DNA of 64,000 nucleotides, from NCBI RefSeq assembly GCF_009914755.1, contig NC_060939.1; one strand, 5' to 3'. A program made the translations under genes and the position numbers. Every line of letters starts with the position of its first letter. The first letter of the stretch is position 1. Below, one piece after another: positions 1-15,091 of the stretch. The DNA comes from the human T2T-CHM13v2.0 reference genome, Homo sapiens. Under the pieces are notes generated by a model that saw nothing but the letters and a program-made list of their open reading frames with translations, did not search any database and was not told the DNA's origin.

Positions 1-263
1 TGGGTGAAACAGAAGTGGTTTCAGATACAGGACCCAAGAAACTGAGTTTTTAATAGATAGGGGCTCCATCAGAAAGTAGGATGTCATTTCCTTATGATGA
101 TAGTAAGCAAGAGAACCTGGCAGGCAAGACCTAGCCAGTAGTCTGGGCCTAGCAGACAGTCCACAGGTGCTAAAATAATTTAGTAAATAAACAGAGTATT
201 CTAGATTCATCTGACAAGTTAGATACAAATAAGTATCATATAGTGTTCAGCACAAAGAAAACG

Positions 264-409
264 TGCCTGGCAGTGGTGAGCACCTGTAGCCCCAGCTACT
301 TAGGAGGCTGAGGTGGGAGGATCACTTGAACCCAGGAGTTTGGGTCCAGCCTGGGCAACATAGTGAGACCCTGTCTCTAAAATAAAATAAAATAATAAAA
401 TAAAATAAA
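264..409 (+). mobile_element. Free Alu monomer (FLAM/FAM-like)
   Basis: Single-arm Alu sequence ending in (TAAAA)n tail. Confidence 0.85.
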
Positions 410-423
410 GTACCTGACACTGA

Positions 424-828
<405 letters not shown>

Positions 829-854
829 TCATTAATCCAATAAAAGTATATTGG

Positions 855-1157
855 GGCCAGGCACGGTAGCTCGTACCTGTAATCCCAGCACTTTGGGAGG
901 CCGAGGCAGGCAGATCACTTGAGGTCAGGAGTTCGAGACCAGCCTGGCCAACATGGTGAAACTCCGTTTCTACTAAAAATAAAAAAATTAGTTGAGTGTG
1001 GTGGCGCATACCTATAATCCCAGCTACTTGGGAGGTTGAGGCAGGAGAATTGCTTCAACCCCAGGAGGTGGAAGTTGCAGTGAGCCAAAATCATGCCACT
1101 GCACTCTAGCCTGGGCAACAGAGCGAGACTCTGCTTCAAAAAAAAAAAAAAAAAAAA
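855..1157 (+). mobile_element. AluS, full length
   Basis: Dimeric Alu, poly(A), TSD AAAAGTATATTGG. Confidence 0.95.
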
Positions 1158-1166
1158 GTATATTGG

Positions 1167-1312
1167 GGCCAGACGTGGTAGCTCATGCCTGTAATCCCAG
1201 AACTTTAGGAGGCTGAGGCAGGAGGATCGCTTGAGGCCAGGAGTTCAACACCAAACTGGGCAACATGCTGAGACCCTGTCTCTAAAAAAACGGAAAGAAA
1301 GAAAGAAAAAAA
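1167..1312 (+). mobile_element. Free left Alu monomer (FLAM_C-like)
   Basis: Left arm only, A-rich tail, flanked by AAAAGTATATTGG. Confidence 0.85.
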
Positions 1313-1690
1313 GTATATTGGTACTGTTCTAAGTGCTATGGAGGGAGAAAGCAGTGAACAGGACAGACAAAAGTCTTTGCCCATTTTTATTCTAAATGAA
1401 GTTAAATCTGGCTCTGTACCACATTGGTCAAGGGAGATGGGAAATCTGGGTTTTGTCATGTTTACTTTGAGGAGGGGGGCATTTCCTAGGGTATCTTCAC
1501 CTTCCCAGGGTCCTACACATTCCAGAATATTCAGAGGTGAGCCCTCTGGTCTTCAGACCACACTGGCTACCACTGCTGGGTGTTGATCCTAGTCCTGTGG
1601 TTTCTTGGCTGGCCCACTTCTAATATTTTCAGGGTCTAGGATGAGAATACAAATGGAAGTTTATATTAAATATTTGAAAGTTATAAATCA

Positions 1691-2001
<311 letters not shown>

Positions 2002-2169
2002 TCAAGCTGACAACCTCTTAAATAGGTTCTGTCATTCTGTCTTGACAAATATATTTTCATAACAAGCTGGAAGTCCTTGTTCAAATTTAGAATTTGAGGA
2101 CTTCTTGGGCTTCTGCATCTGAATGTGCAGGTGTAAGAAAAGCTGGCCCTAGGCCCTAGCTTTGGCCTC

Positions 2170-2995
2170 TGATGATATTGTGATTAATAATAAGAAATAT
2201 ATATTGGGTCTTCTTCCTTTTCCTACACAGAGCTTCATTTCCTGGGTGATTGCAGTGTTTTGTTCTAATGAGGCATCTCTCAGTGGCCCCTAGATAGCTT
2301 AAGGATGGGGGCTGGTTGCAGAGGAACCATCCAGGTGATTACAGGGTTGGAACATTCAGCCCCATCCCCTGACCTCCAGGCAGGAGAGAAGGCTAAACAT
2401 TGAGTTGATACCAATGGCCAGTGATTTATTCAGTCATGCCTATATAATGAGGCCTCTATAAAGACTCAGGAGAACAGTATTCAGAGAGCTTCCAGGCTGG
2501 GGAATGTGTGGACATGCTGGGAGGGCAGTATACCCAGAGAGGGTATGGAAGCTGCATGCCCCTCACCACATACTTTGCCCTATGCATCTCTTTTGTTTGG
2601 CTGTTCCTGAGTTGTATCTTTTATGATAGATGGGTAAATGTAAGTAAAGTGTTTCCCTGAGTTCTGTGAGCCATTCTAGCAAATGATTGAGCCTAAGGAG
2701 GAGGTCATAAGAACCTCTGGTTTATAGACAGTCTGCCAGAAGCACAGGTGGCAACCTGGACTTGTGATTGGTAGTTGATGTGGGGGCAGTCTTGTGGGAC
2801 TGAGCCCTTAATCTTTGGAATCTGTACTGACTCCCACTAGATAGTGTCAGAAGTGAGTTTAATTCCCAGTTGGTGTCCATAGAGAATTGGAGAGTGGCTT
2901 AGTATGGGAACAAAACCCCACACATCTGGTGACAGACATGATGTATTGAGAGTGGTGTGAGGATAGAAAAAAATAGTTTGTTTTTCCTGTATATT
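2170..2995 (+). mobile_element. MER21-family ERVL solo LTR
   Basis: Begins GATATTGTGATTAATAATAAGAAATATATATT; contains GTAAGTAAAGTGTTTCCCTGAGTTCTGTGAGCC typical of MER21. Confidence 0.8.
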
Positions 2996-3467
2996 TGGCG
3001 TTTTTTCCTTCTTACACTTCCCCTCTTTCACTTCCCATCCCAGCTCTGTTCAGGACAATAAAGGAACTTGCATGCATGTGTGTGTAGACCAGCTTACACA
3101 TCCAAGCTCTGTTCACCAATCCCCATTCCTGCCAAAAAGTCACCTTTTAACTGTCCTTCATGTGAAGGCGTGTACACAGAGGCATGGCTGCCTTCAGGAA
3201 TGTAAATCCTGGAAAGAGACTGGCTCAGGACCTGGAAATAGTTCAGGCCATTTGGGCTGGGAATTCTGGGGTCCCATTTAGATGAAGCACGGTCTACAAG
3301 GGTGAGGTGTGGGCTCCAGGTGGACATGCCCCTTGTGGACCTCTTCTCCCATAAAGAGGGGCACAATCCCATGGAGGGCCAGAGTAGGGCTCTCTAAAGT
3401 GTGGGACCCAGGACAAGAGCTCATCTCTCCTAGGTGTACAGGTGGTTCTGTCCTTGTGGATAGGTGA

Positions 3468-3779
<312 letters not shown>

Positions 3780-4289
3780 GATTCCTCTACTTTTGAGCAC
3801 AGGTTGAGCCAGAGGTGTATACTAAAATTGGAAGACTTGAAGTCTAGTGACCAACCCTTCTTGCCCCCTGCAGTGCGGCACACTGCCAAGTCAGCTATCA
3901 CGATCAGAGGCCTTGGACCCAAGTACTGTGTGGGAGCACACATGTCCCTGATTTTCTTGAAACCTATAAGCACTTTCTCCTAAACTTGGGGAGATAGTCC
4001 CCAAATAACTTTATTTCCAGTATTGGTCTACTTCTTCTCCCAACCCTTGGTGCCTCCTGCCACCTCCAATAATCCAGCAATATCACCTCCAAGACTAGAT
4101 AGAAGGTTGTATTCTAAGTGTCAGGCAACTTTTAATTTTGGCCCTGCGACATTAGGGCTATTAACCATTCCCTGAAGCAGAGGGCTACTTTCTTCAGATG
4201 AGTGAGGCAAAAATACCTACAGCAGCCTGAGCAAAACACAGATTAACATCTCAGTTCCCCCCCAACAGATACATATTATCTCATTCATT

Positions 4290-5118
<829 letters not shown>

Positions 5119-5262
5119 TGAAGCTCAGGAAGATCAAACAACTTGCTTAAGGCCATAAAATAAGGAGAAGAACTAGAATTCATTTCCAGAGCTGTCTTAC
5201 TTCAAGGCTTGTGCTCTTTTCACCATCCACCAGCATCTACCACATCTAAGAGTTTTAAAGAC

Positions 5263-5576
5263 ATTTTATTTTTGTTTTATTTATTTATTTATTTAAGATG
5301 AAGTCTTGCTCTGTCGTCCAGGCTGGAGTGCAGTGGCGCAATCTCGGCTCACCACAACCTCTGCCTTCCAGGTTCAAGCGATTCTGCTCTCTCAGCCTCC
5401 TGAGTAGCTGGGATTACAGTCACAAGCCACTGCACCCGGCTTATTTTTTGTATTTATAGTAGAGACAGGGTTTCACCATGTCGGCCAGGCTGGTCTTGAA
5501 CTCTCAACCTCAGGTAATCCACCCACCTCGGCTCCCAAAGTGCTAGGATTACTGGCGTGAGCCACAACGCCCAGCC
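5263..5576 (-). mobile_element. AluS
   Basis: Reverse dimeric Alu with (TTTA)n tail. Confidence 0.95.
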
Positions 5577-5929
5577 AATAAATTTTAAAAATCAAATTTG
5601 TGAAATTGCTGGCCAAAGGGTGTTATGTAAGTATTCCATTCATTAGAATAGATCCTGAGATTTGTTTTTGAGAATCCAAAGTATTACAAGGGATATAGTA
5701 AGAGGGGAATTGGAGCCATTAGGGGATGCATTTCTATAAAGTGATCATGCAGCATTTTATTGAAATGTGGACTGTATGCTGGACAGCACTAAGGGATTAG
5801 CGAACTCATTTTGCATTATTTAATTCCAAAAAGCCACTAAGATGCTCATCAGAAAAGCACTGTCAAAAGTGGAAATAGATAAATGTCATCTGTAAATAAA
5901 TTAGAATTGATTGTGAAATATTTGGTCAG

Positions 5930-6671
<742 letters not shown>

Positions 6672-6869
6672 TAAAATGTAGGGCAGAAAGACTCCTGAGG
6701 TCTGGTTTTGTTGATGGTTTATATTGCTTGTTGTGAGTTCCAAAGATACACATCCTGAGGGAATAACAAAGACTTATTAAACTGTAACATTTAAAATCAT
6801 GGAACACAAAGCTTTTTTTTTTCATTACTTTTATGCTACAACCCAGACACTATTAAGTACAGATCCTAA

Positions 6870-7226
6870 TTGCCTCACTAATTTAAGAAGAGAATGAGGA
6901 GTAAGATAGGGAAGGGGGAAAGAAGCCAAGCAAAGGTACAATTTCAGATGATGTCTGGCCTCAGCCTGATCCTGTGGAGAGCTCTGGAGCATAAGTCATA
7001 CCTTCAGGCTTATCTAGCTTTGAGGCAAATAAGTTTTGCTTTCATACTCAGACACTACTCAGGCAATGGCTATGGTTCCCTTGGGACAATTCTGGGTTTC
7101 GGGGAATAATAGTGAAGTGGATTGATTGAAAGGAAACCAAACAGAAAGTGGGAGATGGGCCCCAGAGCTAATAAAAAAAGGATCAGAGAAGCTGTGGGTG
7201 ATGCACTGACAGTATCAGCTATGCCA
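6870..7226 (-). mobile_element. Old ERVL LTR (LTR16-like)
   Basis: GCCTCAGCCTGATCCTGTGGAGAGCTCTGGAGC and terminal GCACTGACAGTATCAGCTA resemble the recalled LTR16 consensus. Confidence 0.55.
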
Positions 7227-7473
7227 GAGACCATCTATTCTATAGGTTAATGCTTTCACTGTAGGTCTGACTCTTTCAATCAACAGGCAAAAGCTTCATT
7301 AGCAACAAGTAGTTGTAGAGGAAGAGACTCTCAGGGCTTTGAACTGTTTAGAGTAGCCTAAGGAATTCAAACATTTTCCTACCCAAGATTCCAGGGGAAT
7401 CAGAGTAGCAGGAATATGATCATATCTCCTAATACAGTGTCAAAAAACCTTTTAGGCAATTGATCGCTAAGTA

Positions 7474-7793
7474 CAGACCGTCCCCTACTTATGATGGTTT
7501 GACTTCCGATTTTTCAACTTTATGATGGTACGAAACCACTACAATTTTGAAGTAATGTACAGTATTCAATAAATTACTTGAGATAGTCAACACTTTATGA
7601 TAAAATAGGCTTTGTGTTAGATGATTTTGCCTGACTACAGGCTAATGTAAATGTTCAGAGAACGTTTAAAGTAGGCCAGGCTAAGCTGTGGTGTTCAGTA
7701 GGTTAGGTGTATTAAATGCATTTTCAACTCGAGGTATTTCAACTTGGATGGGTTTAGCAGGTGGTAACCCCAAGGTAAGTCAAGTAGCATCTG
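7474..7793 (-). mobile_element. MER47A-like (Tigger family) MITE
   Basis: CAGA...TCTG termini flanked by TA on both sides; internal GGTTAGGTGTATTAAATGCATTTTC. Confidence 0.85.
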
Positions 7794-8416
7794 TAAATGT
7801 CATGCTACCAGCACTTTAGGAAAGGTAAAACATTTATCAGACTCAGACAGTCCTTATAAGCTTACACTATAGCCAGGTAGATGAGATTCACATGCATGAA
7901 ACAAGTATGAGCAACACTGGACACGACATAATTAAAGACTGTTGAATTCTGAAAAAAGAGGAATAGACTCCTGTTGGGTACACTCAGAGACTTACAGTAT
8001 AAGTGGTGAATAAGATCGGATCAAGTCTAAGCACGCAGCTATTCAACAAATGTAAACGATGTCTTTGTGCCAGATGATACGCATTTCAGGGCTTAGGGCT
8101 GGGGGACAGATCACAGGTTAGTGTGATAAGTACAATGATAGAGGATGCATTTTGGGGAATTATTTGTGTGCTGTTAGTATTTTTTAGTAGAAAGCTCAAT
8201 TACTGCATTTCATTGAAGTTAAGTCCCATGAATTGTAAGATATGCCATTATTTTGTTTAGCATAATGAAAAAAAAATAACCTGCCAGTTAAGCAATGAAT
8301 ATGTATTATCAATTGTAAGAAATATCCGAATCACAGAGGTGTTACAATGTAAAAAAAATGTTCATTTTAGAACCAATGAAACAGGGTTAGAGGAGACTTA
8401 CTTTGGATTTAAAAAA

Positions 8417-8814
<398 letters not shown>

Positions 8815-8839
8815 TAACAAAGACCAATAATAATTTATG

Positions 8840-9090
8840 AATAGTAGCTAATATTTATCAGATGCTCAGTATGGACATGACCTTGGGCTAACTGCTTTTT
8901 ACCCATTACTTAATTTAATTATTTCTTAATCCATTGAGCAAAGGTGTTAGTATCTCCGTTTTACTGATGGGTAAACAGATTTAAAGAGGGTAAGCAATTT
9001 ACCTGAGGTCACACAGTGGCTGAGTATTCCAGCAGAGATTGAAATGCAGGTTTGTCTATCTCCCAAGTTTATGCTTTTAACCACTGGGCC
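8840..9090. mobile_element. MIR SINE
   Basis: MIR core-like TTTTACTGATGGGTAAACAG...GAGGTCACACAG...GCTTTTAACCACT. Confidence 0.75.
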
Positions 9091-9864
9091 ACTAGGTGAT
9101 CTAATAAAGACCTGATTTCCTGCAAAGGAAAAAAAAATTAAGATATTTCATTCCAGTCAGCATTTACCAGTACCATTTTTTTCTGAGGGAGCTGTTAGAT
9201 AGCAAAACATTGTTCTGGCAACTAATAAGAAGACTATCTTGAGACTAATGCATGACCTATCTTAAACTATGACTATATTTCTGATGTTACTATTGCATAA
9301 CTAGACTTTCTACAGCCTTTTCGAATTATACTGCTGGATAATGGATTTTAAATTGCATGTTTAAGTAGAATAAGAACTCTATAGTTAGTGGGTTATACTT
9401 AAGTGACCACAGAATAGATAAGGTACCCAATTAAAGAGTACATTTCTTCCAAACCCATAATTTGTGTTAGGATATTTAATTACCATCCTCTATGTGCAGG
9501 CATGAATTTTGATCCAGTAGCAATGAAGTCTGGCCCAGAAGTTTGCAGACTCAGAATTATTTATCAGCAAGTATCACTTAACTCGCATTCAACAACAACT
9601 GTTTACATTCACAGACAATTTTGGGTTGTCTGAATTTAGAAGAGGTTGGCTAATCCTTGATTAACTTGAGGTAATGGATAGAATTCTAAGATAAAAATGT
9701 CAGTTTGCTAGCATCTTAATAGGCTTAGTCTGATCACCCTATAAACTGAACCAGGAGTTTTTAAACTTTTTGGTTTCAGAACCCCTATACACACAGAGGA
9801 CCTTAAAGAGCTTTTCCTTATGTGGGCTGTAACTATCATTATTTACCATATTAGAAATTTAAAT

Positions 9865-10220
9865 GGATACAGCCATAAAAAAGAACGAGATCATGTCTTT
9901 TGCAGGAACATGGATGGAACTGGAGGCTATTATCCTTAGCAAACTAACGCAGGAACAGACAACCAACTACCGCATGTTCTCACTTACAAGTGGGAGCTAA
10001 ATGATAAGAATTTATGAATACAAAGAAGGAAACAACACAGTGGGGTCTTCTTGAGAAGGGTGGATGGGAAGAGGGAGAAGAGCAGACAAGATAACTATTG
10101 GGTACTGGGCTTGATCCTGGGTGAGGAAATAATATGTACAACAAACCCCATGACATGTGTTTACCTGTGTAACAAAACCTCACATGTACCACCAACCTAA
10201 AGTGGAAGTTTTTTAAAAAA
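9865..10220 (+). mobile_element. L1 3' end (older L1PA, about L1PA13-like), 5'-truncated
   Basis: TACAGCCATAAAAAAGAACGAGATCATGTC...CATGTTCTCACTTACAAGTGGGAGCTAAATGA, ORF2 end and 3'UTR. Confidence 0.9.
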
Positions 10221-10416
10221 GTATAATAGTGTTAGCAGTGGAAGTTATTTGACTCACACAGCACCAAAATATGTTACCAGTGGCGAATCTCTATGGGTCT
10301 GCAGCAACTTTAATTCCTACCACCTCAGAAAAAGAATTCGACTGAGGGGCATAAGACAGAAGAGACTGAAGCAAGTTTTAGAGCAGGAGTGAAAAAGTTT
10401 ATTATAAAGCTTTAGA

Positions 10417-10709
10417 GGCCGGATGCAGTGGCTCACACCTGTAATCCCAGCACTTTGGGAGGCCAAGGCGAGCAGATCACCTGAGGTCAGGAGTTTGAGA
10501 CTAGCCTGGGCAACATGGTGAAACCCTGTCTCTACTAAAAATACAAAATTAGCCAGGTGTGGTAGACGGTGCCTGTAATCCCAGCTACTCAGGAGGCTAA
10601 GGCAGGAGAATCACTTGAACCCGGGGGGTCAAGTTTGCAGTGAGCTGAGAGTGTGCCATTGCTCTCCAGCCTAGGCAACAAGAGTCAGGGAAAAAAAAAA
10701 AAAAAAAAA
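10417..10709 (+). mobile_element. AluS inside MER50
   Basis: TSD AAAGCTTTAGA. Confidence 0.95.
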
Positions 10710-10847
10710 GCTTTAGAGCAGGAATGAAAAGAAAGTAAAGTACACTTGGAAGAGGGCCAAGCGGGCAACTTGAAAGACAAGTGCGCAGTTTGACCTTTTG
10801 ACTTGGGGCTTTATATGTTGGCATACTTCTGGGGTCTTGCGTCCTTT

Positions 10848-12148
10848 TGAGAGGTGACAGTGTGCTGGCAGCCCTCACAGCCCTCGCTCGCTCTCGGCGC
10901 CTCCTCTGCCTGGGCTCCCACTTTGGCGGCACTTGAGGAGCCCGCCGCTGCACTGTGGGAGCCCCTTCCTGGGCTGGCCGAGGCCGGAGCTGGCTCCCTC
11001 AGCTTGCGGGGAGGTGTGGAGGGAGAGGCGCGGGTGGGAACCAGGGCTGCACGCGGTGTTTGCGGGCCAGCACGAGTTCCGGGTGGGTGTGGGCTCAGCA
11101 GGCCCTGCACTCGGAGCGACCGGCCGGCCCTGCAGTCCCTGGGCAATGAGGGGCTTAGCACCCGGGCCAGCGGCTGCAGAGGGTGTGCTGGGTCCCCCAG
11201 CAGTGCTGGCCCACCAGCGCTGCACTCGATTTCTCGCTGGGCCTTAGCTGCCTCCCCGCGGGGCCAGGCTCAGGACCTGCAGCCTGCCATGCCTGAGCCT
11301 CCCCCACCCTCCGTGGGCTCCTGTGCCGCCCGAGCCTCCCTGACGAGTGCCGCCCCCTGCTCCACGGCACCCAGTCCCATCAACCACCCAAGGGCTGAGG
11401 AGTGCAGGTGCACGGCGTGGGACTGTCAGGTAGCTCCACCTGTGGCCCCGATGCGGGATCCAGTGGGTGAAGCCAGCTGGGCTCCTGACTGGTGGGGACT
11501 TGGAGAACCTTTATGCCTAGCTAAGGGATTGTAAATACACGAATCGGCACTCTGTATCTAGCTCAAGGTTTGTAAACACACCAATCAGCACCCTGTGTCT
11601 AGCTCAGGGTTTCTGAATGCACCAATCCACACTCTGTATCTAGCTACTTTGGTGGGGACTTGGAGAACCTTTGTTTCAACACTCTGTATCTAGCTAATCT
11701 AGTGGGGAAGTGGAGAACCTTTGTGTCTAGCTCAGGGATTGTAAACGCACCAATCAGCACCCTGTCAAAACAGACCACTCGGCTTTCTGTAAAATGGACC
11801 AATCAGCAGGATGTGGGTGGGCCAGGTAAGAGAATAAAATCAGGCTGCCCGAGACAGCAGTGGCAACCCGCTGGGGTCCCGTTAGACACTGTGGAAGCTT
11901 TGTTCTTTCGCTCTTTGCAGTAAACCTTGCTGCTGCTCACTGTTTGGGTCCACACTGCTTTTATGAGCTGTAACACTCACCGCCAAGGTCCACAGCTTCA
12001 CTCCTGAGCCAGCGAGACCACGAACCCACTGGGAGGAAGAAACAAACTCCGGATACGCCGCTTTTAAGAACTGTTAACACTCACAGCAAGGGTCCGTGGC
12101 TTCATTCTTGAAGTCAGTGAGACCAAGAACCCACCAATTCCAGACACA
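10848..12148 (+). mobile_element. LTR12C (ERV9) solo LTR
   Basis: TGAGAGGTGACAG...CCAATTCCAGACACA termini, 4-bp TSD CTTT, GC/CpG-rich 5' part, tandem CCAATC/TCTAGCT subrepeats. Confidence 0.93.
11500..11870 (+). promoter_or_regulatory. ERV9 U3 enhancer/promoter: CCAAT (NF-Y) boxes and TATA-like AATAAAA
   Basis: CCAAT at 11581, 11622, 11750 and 11799; AATAAAA at 11833; activity of this copy unknown. Confidence 0.65.
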
Positions 12149-13435
12149 CTTTCTCCCCTTCTTCCCTTGGGGTTGGCTGTCTGCATGCGCAGTGGCCTGC
12201 TAGCACTTGGGAGGTGAGCATGTGCAGCGTGTTTACTGGAATTGTACGCACGCTCACTTGAGCTGTTCTTCCCTTAGGAGCCACATGTCCCTAGGAGGTC
12301 ATATACCAGTTAAACTCTGCCATTTCGCTTATTAGTGCGCATGTCTGAGCCCACTCCACCAACTCTTGAGAAGCTACTGATCACCAGTTTCAGGTTTTTC
12401 CTATCTGGAGGGAGACTGCCTTTCCCTGGCGCGGGCTGCAACCAATGATTTTAGATAGACAGTTAACCGCCTGACCATTACCTGATGGTTGCCTGACATT
12501 CCTGGTTGGGGGTATGGTGCGGGGAGCCCTCTCCTGCCCTGTTCATGTCTGTCTACTTACCTGAGGTAACAACAGTAGGAGCAGTAATAGCAAATTACAT
12601 TGTTCATTTCTTTTCTTTTGGAATCTTTTAACTCAATCATGTTGAAAGAGCCTCAAATCAGCCTTGTGTTGATGAGGTACTTTTGCTGTAGTACCTTATC
12701 AACACGATAATGTGAGCCAGCAAATTTTAAGTCAATATTCTTTTTATACCCATCTAAGCAATGCTTGGCTACATAAACCACATTTTCCCTATGCTATTGT
12801 ATTAAAGAATCCAGAAAATTGTATAAGGCAGTGCTCTAAATATGTTACCCAGCCTGCTCTTTGGAACTTCTAAATCCTATAAAGAGAGAAAAGTTAAAAA
12901 ATTTAAATCCAGAAATTTAAAAACTATGTATTAATTCATTTAAAACAATAATAATATCTCATTACATGTTAATATAAATAACATGTTTTATGAAAAATAA
13001 CTACATTTCCCCAAACAAAAACATCTCATGAGAAGAGTGGCATTGTTTCACATTTTTGCAAATCTCTTTCATACTTGGCTTAATAAAAGACAGCTGAATT
13101 CTCTTAGCTGTATTCGCATTCTGTCTTTTATGATATCACATGTCACATGACCTCAGCAAAACTAATGTTCTTTTGAGAGAATTGAGGTTTAAAAAAAGGG
13201 AAATAACATAGGATTATATTATAGTATTATGTTATAATGAAATTAGTTTTACTTTAAAGGCTTCCTGAAAAGGTATTGGAGACTTCTGGGAGTTGAGATG
13301 GGGGGCGGTCCCTGGACCACCCATTGAGAACCACTGAACACAAGGAAATGCATTATTCATAGTTCAAAGATACAAATGAAGAGGTAAAATAATATTAGAT
13401 AAAATACTTTCTACTGGCCAATATTCTTTAAAGGT

Positions 13436-14430
13436 TTATTTCTTTTTTAAAAGAAATTGTGGTAAAATATATATAGCATAAAAGTTTACTATTTTAACTA
13501 TTCTAAGTGTATAATTCAGTGATATTAAGTACATTAACATTGTCATATAACAATTACCACCATCCATCTCCAGAAAATTTTCATCTTCCAAAACTGAAAC
13601 TTCATACTCATTAAATGATAACTCCCCATTCTCCCTACCCCCCAGCCTCTGGCAAATACCATTCTGCTTTTTTATTTTTTTTATTTTCAGAGACAGGGTC
13701 CCTCTCTGTTGCTCAGGCTGGGGCTGGAGTGCAGTGGTGGGAATCATAGCTCACTGCAGCCTCAAGATCATGGGCTCAAGGGATCCTCCTGCCTCAGCCT
13801 CCTGAGTAGCTGGGACTATAGGTGTGTGCCATCACACCTGGCTATTTTCTTATTTTATTTTTTTAGTGAAGGATCTTGCTATGTTGTCCAGGCTGGTCTC
13901 AAACTTCTGGGCTCCAGAGATCCTACCCCCTCCACCTCCCAAAGTGTTGGGATTACAGGTGAAGCCACAGTGCCCAGCTGTACTTTTTGTCTATGAATTT
14001 GACTACTTTAGGTACCTCACATGAGTGGAATCATATACTATTTGTCCTTTTATGTCTGGCTTATTTCACTTAACAAAATGTCTTCAAGATTCATCCATAT
14101 TGTTGCATATGTTAGAATTTCATGTCTTTTTAAAGCTTAATAATATTCCATTGTATGTATATATCACATTATTTATCCATTCATCTGTTAATGGTGACTT
14201 GGTTTGCTTCCACCTTTTGGCTATTGTTAATAATGCTGCTATAAACATTGATGTGCAAATATCTGTTTGTGTCCCTGCTTTTAATTCTTTTTTAATTTTT
14301 TAGTCAATAACCATTTTGCCAAACTTGCCAACAGTTCTTTTGGGTAAATACTCAGAAGTGGAATTACTAGGTTATATGGTAATTCTATGTTTAATTTTTT
14401 TAGTAACCACCATATGGTTTTCCTGTGTCC
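13436..14430 (-). mobile_element. Old L1M (L1MB-like) 3' fragment split by AluJ
   Basis: GGAATCATA...CTGGCTTATTTCACTTAAC...TTGGCTATTGTTAATAATGCTGC, antisense L1 3' end. Confidence 0.85.
13667..13978 (-). mobile_element. AluJ
   Basis: Diverged reverse Alu with J-type GGGCTCAAG.GATCCTCC. Confidence 0.9.
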
Positions 14431-14769
14431 ACATTTTAAACACTTTCTGTTTCTTGTTAAAACTTTAAAAATACATCATTCAGAATACTAAAATTATTTT
14501 TATTTTTATTTTTTGGATTTTGTCCAATAACTAACAAATGTCCACTGAGTAGCTCATGGATTTGGTATATAATATAAAAGATTATGAGTTCTCTGGAAGT
14601 AGCTTTCTCATAGTCTGGCCTTTAAGGAGCTCTCAAACTAGACTAGAACATGAAAGTAAATTCCTCTAATAAAGGAATAAAGATAAGAGAGTAGTTCTGA
14701 AATGGTGACTCTCAGACCATGAGTGATCAAATACACCCTCAGGTGGTCTGGGAGCTGTCAGAAAAATCA

Positions 14770-15091
<322 letters not shown>

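Larger units (their letters stand above)
10230..12571 (-). mobile_element. MER50 ERV1 solo LTR, interrupted by an Alu and LTR12C
   Basis: TGTTA...TAACA termini; GAATTCGACTGAGGGGCATAAG and CTGATGGTTGCCTGACATTCCTG motifs; flanks ATAG/ACAG. Confidence 0.85.
9751..13338 (-). mobile_element. hAT-Charlie (Charlie4a/MER80-like) element split into 9751-9864 and 12899-13338
   Basis: Both termini present (CAGGAGTTTTTAAACTTTTTGG; GAGAACCACTG); halves join at duplicated AAATTTAAAT. Confidence 0.75.

Noticed and set aside
10854-11534. 226-aa ORF and overlapping ORFs
   Set aside because: They lie in the GC-rich U3 of LTR12C, where stop codons are scarce, and show no protein motif.
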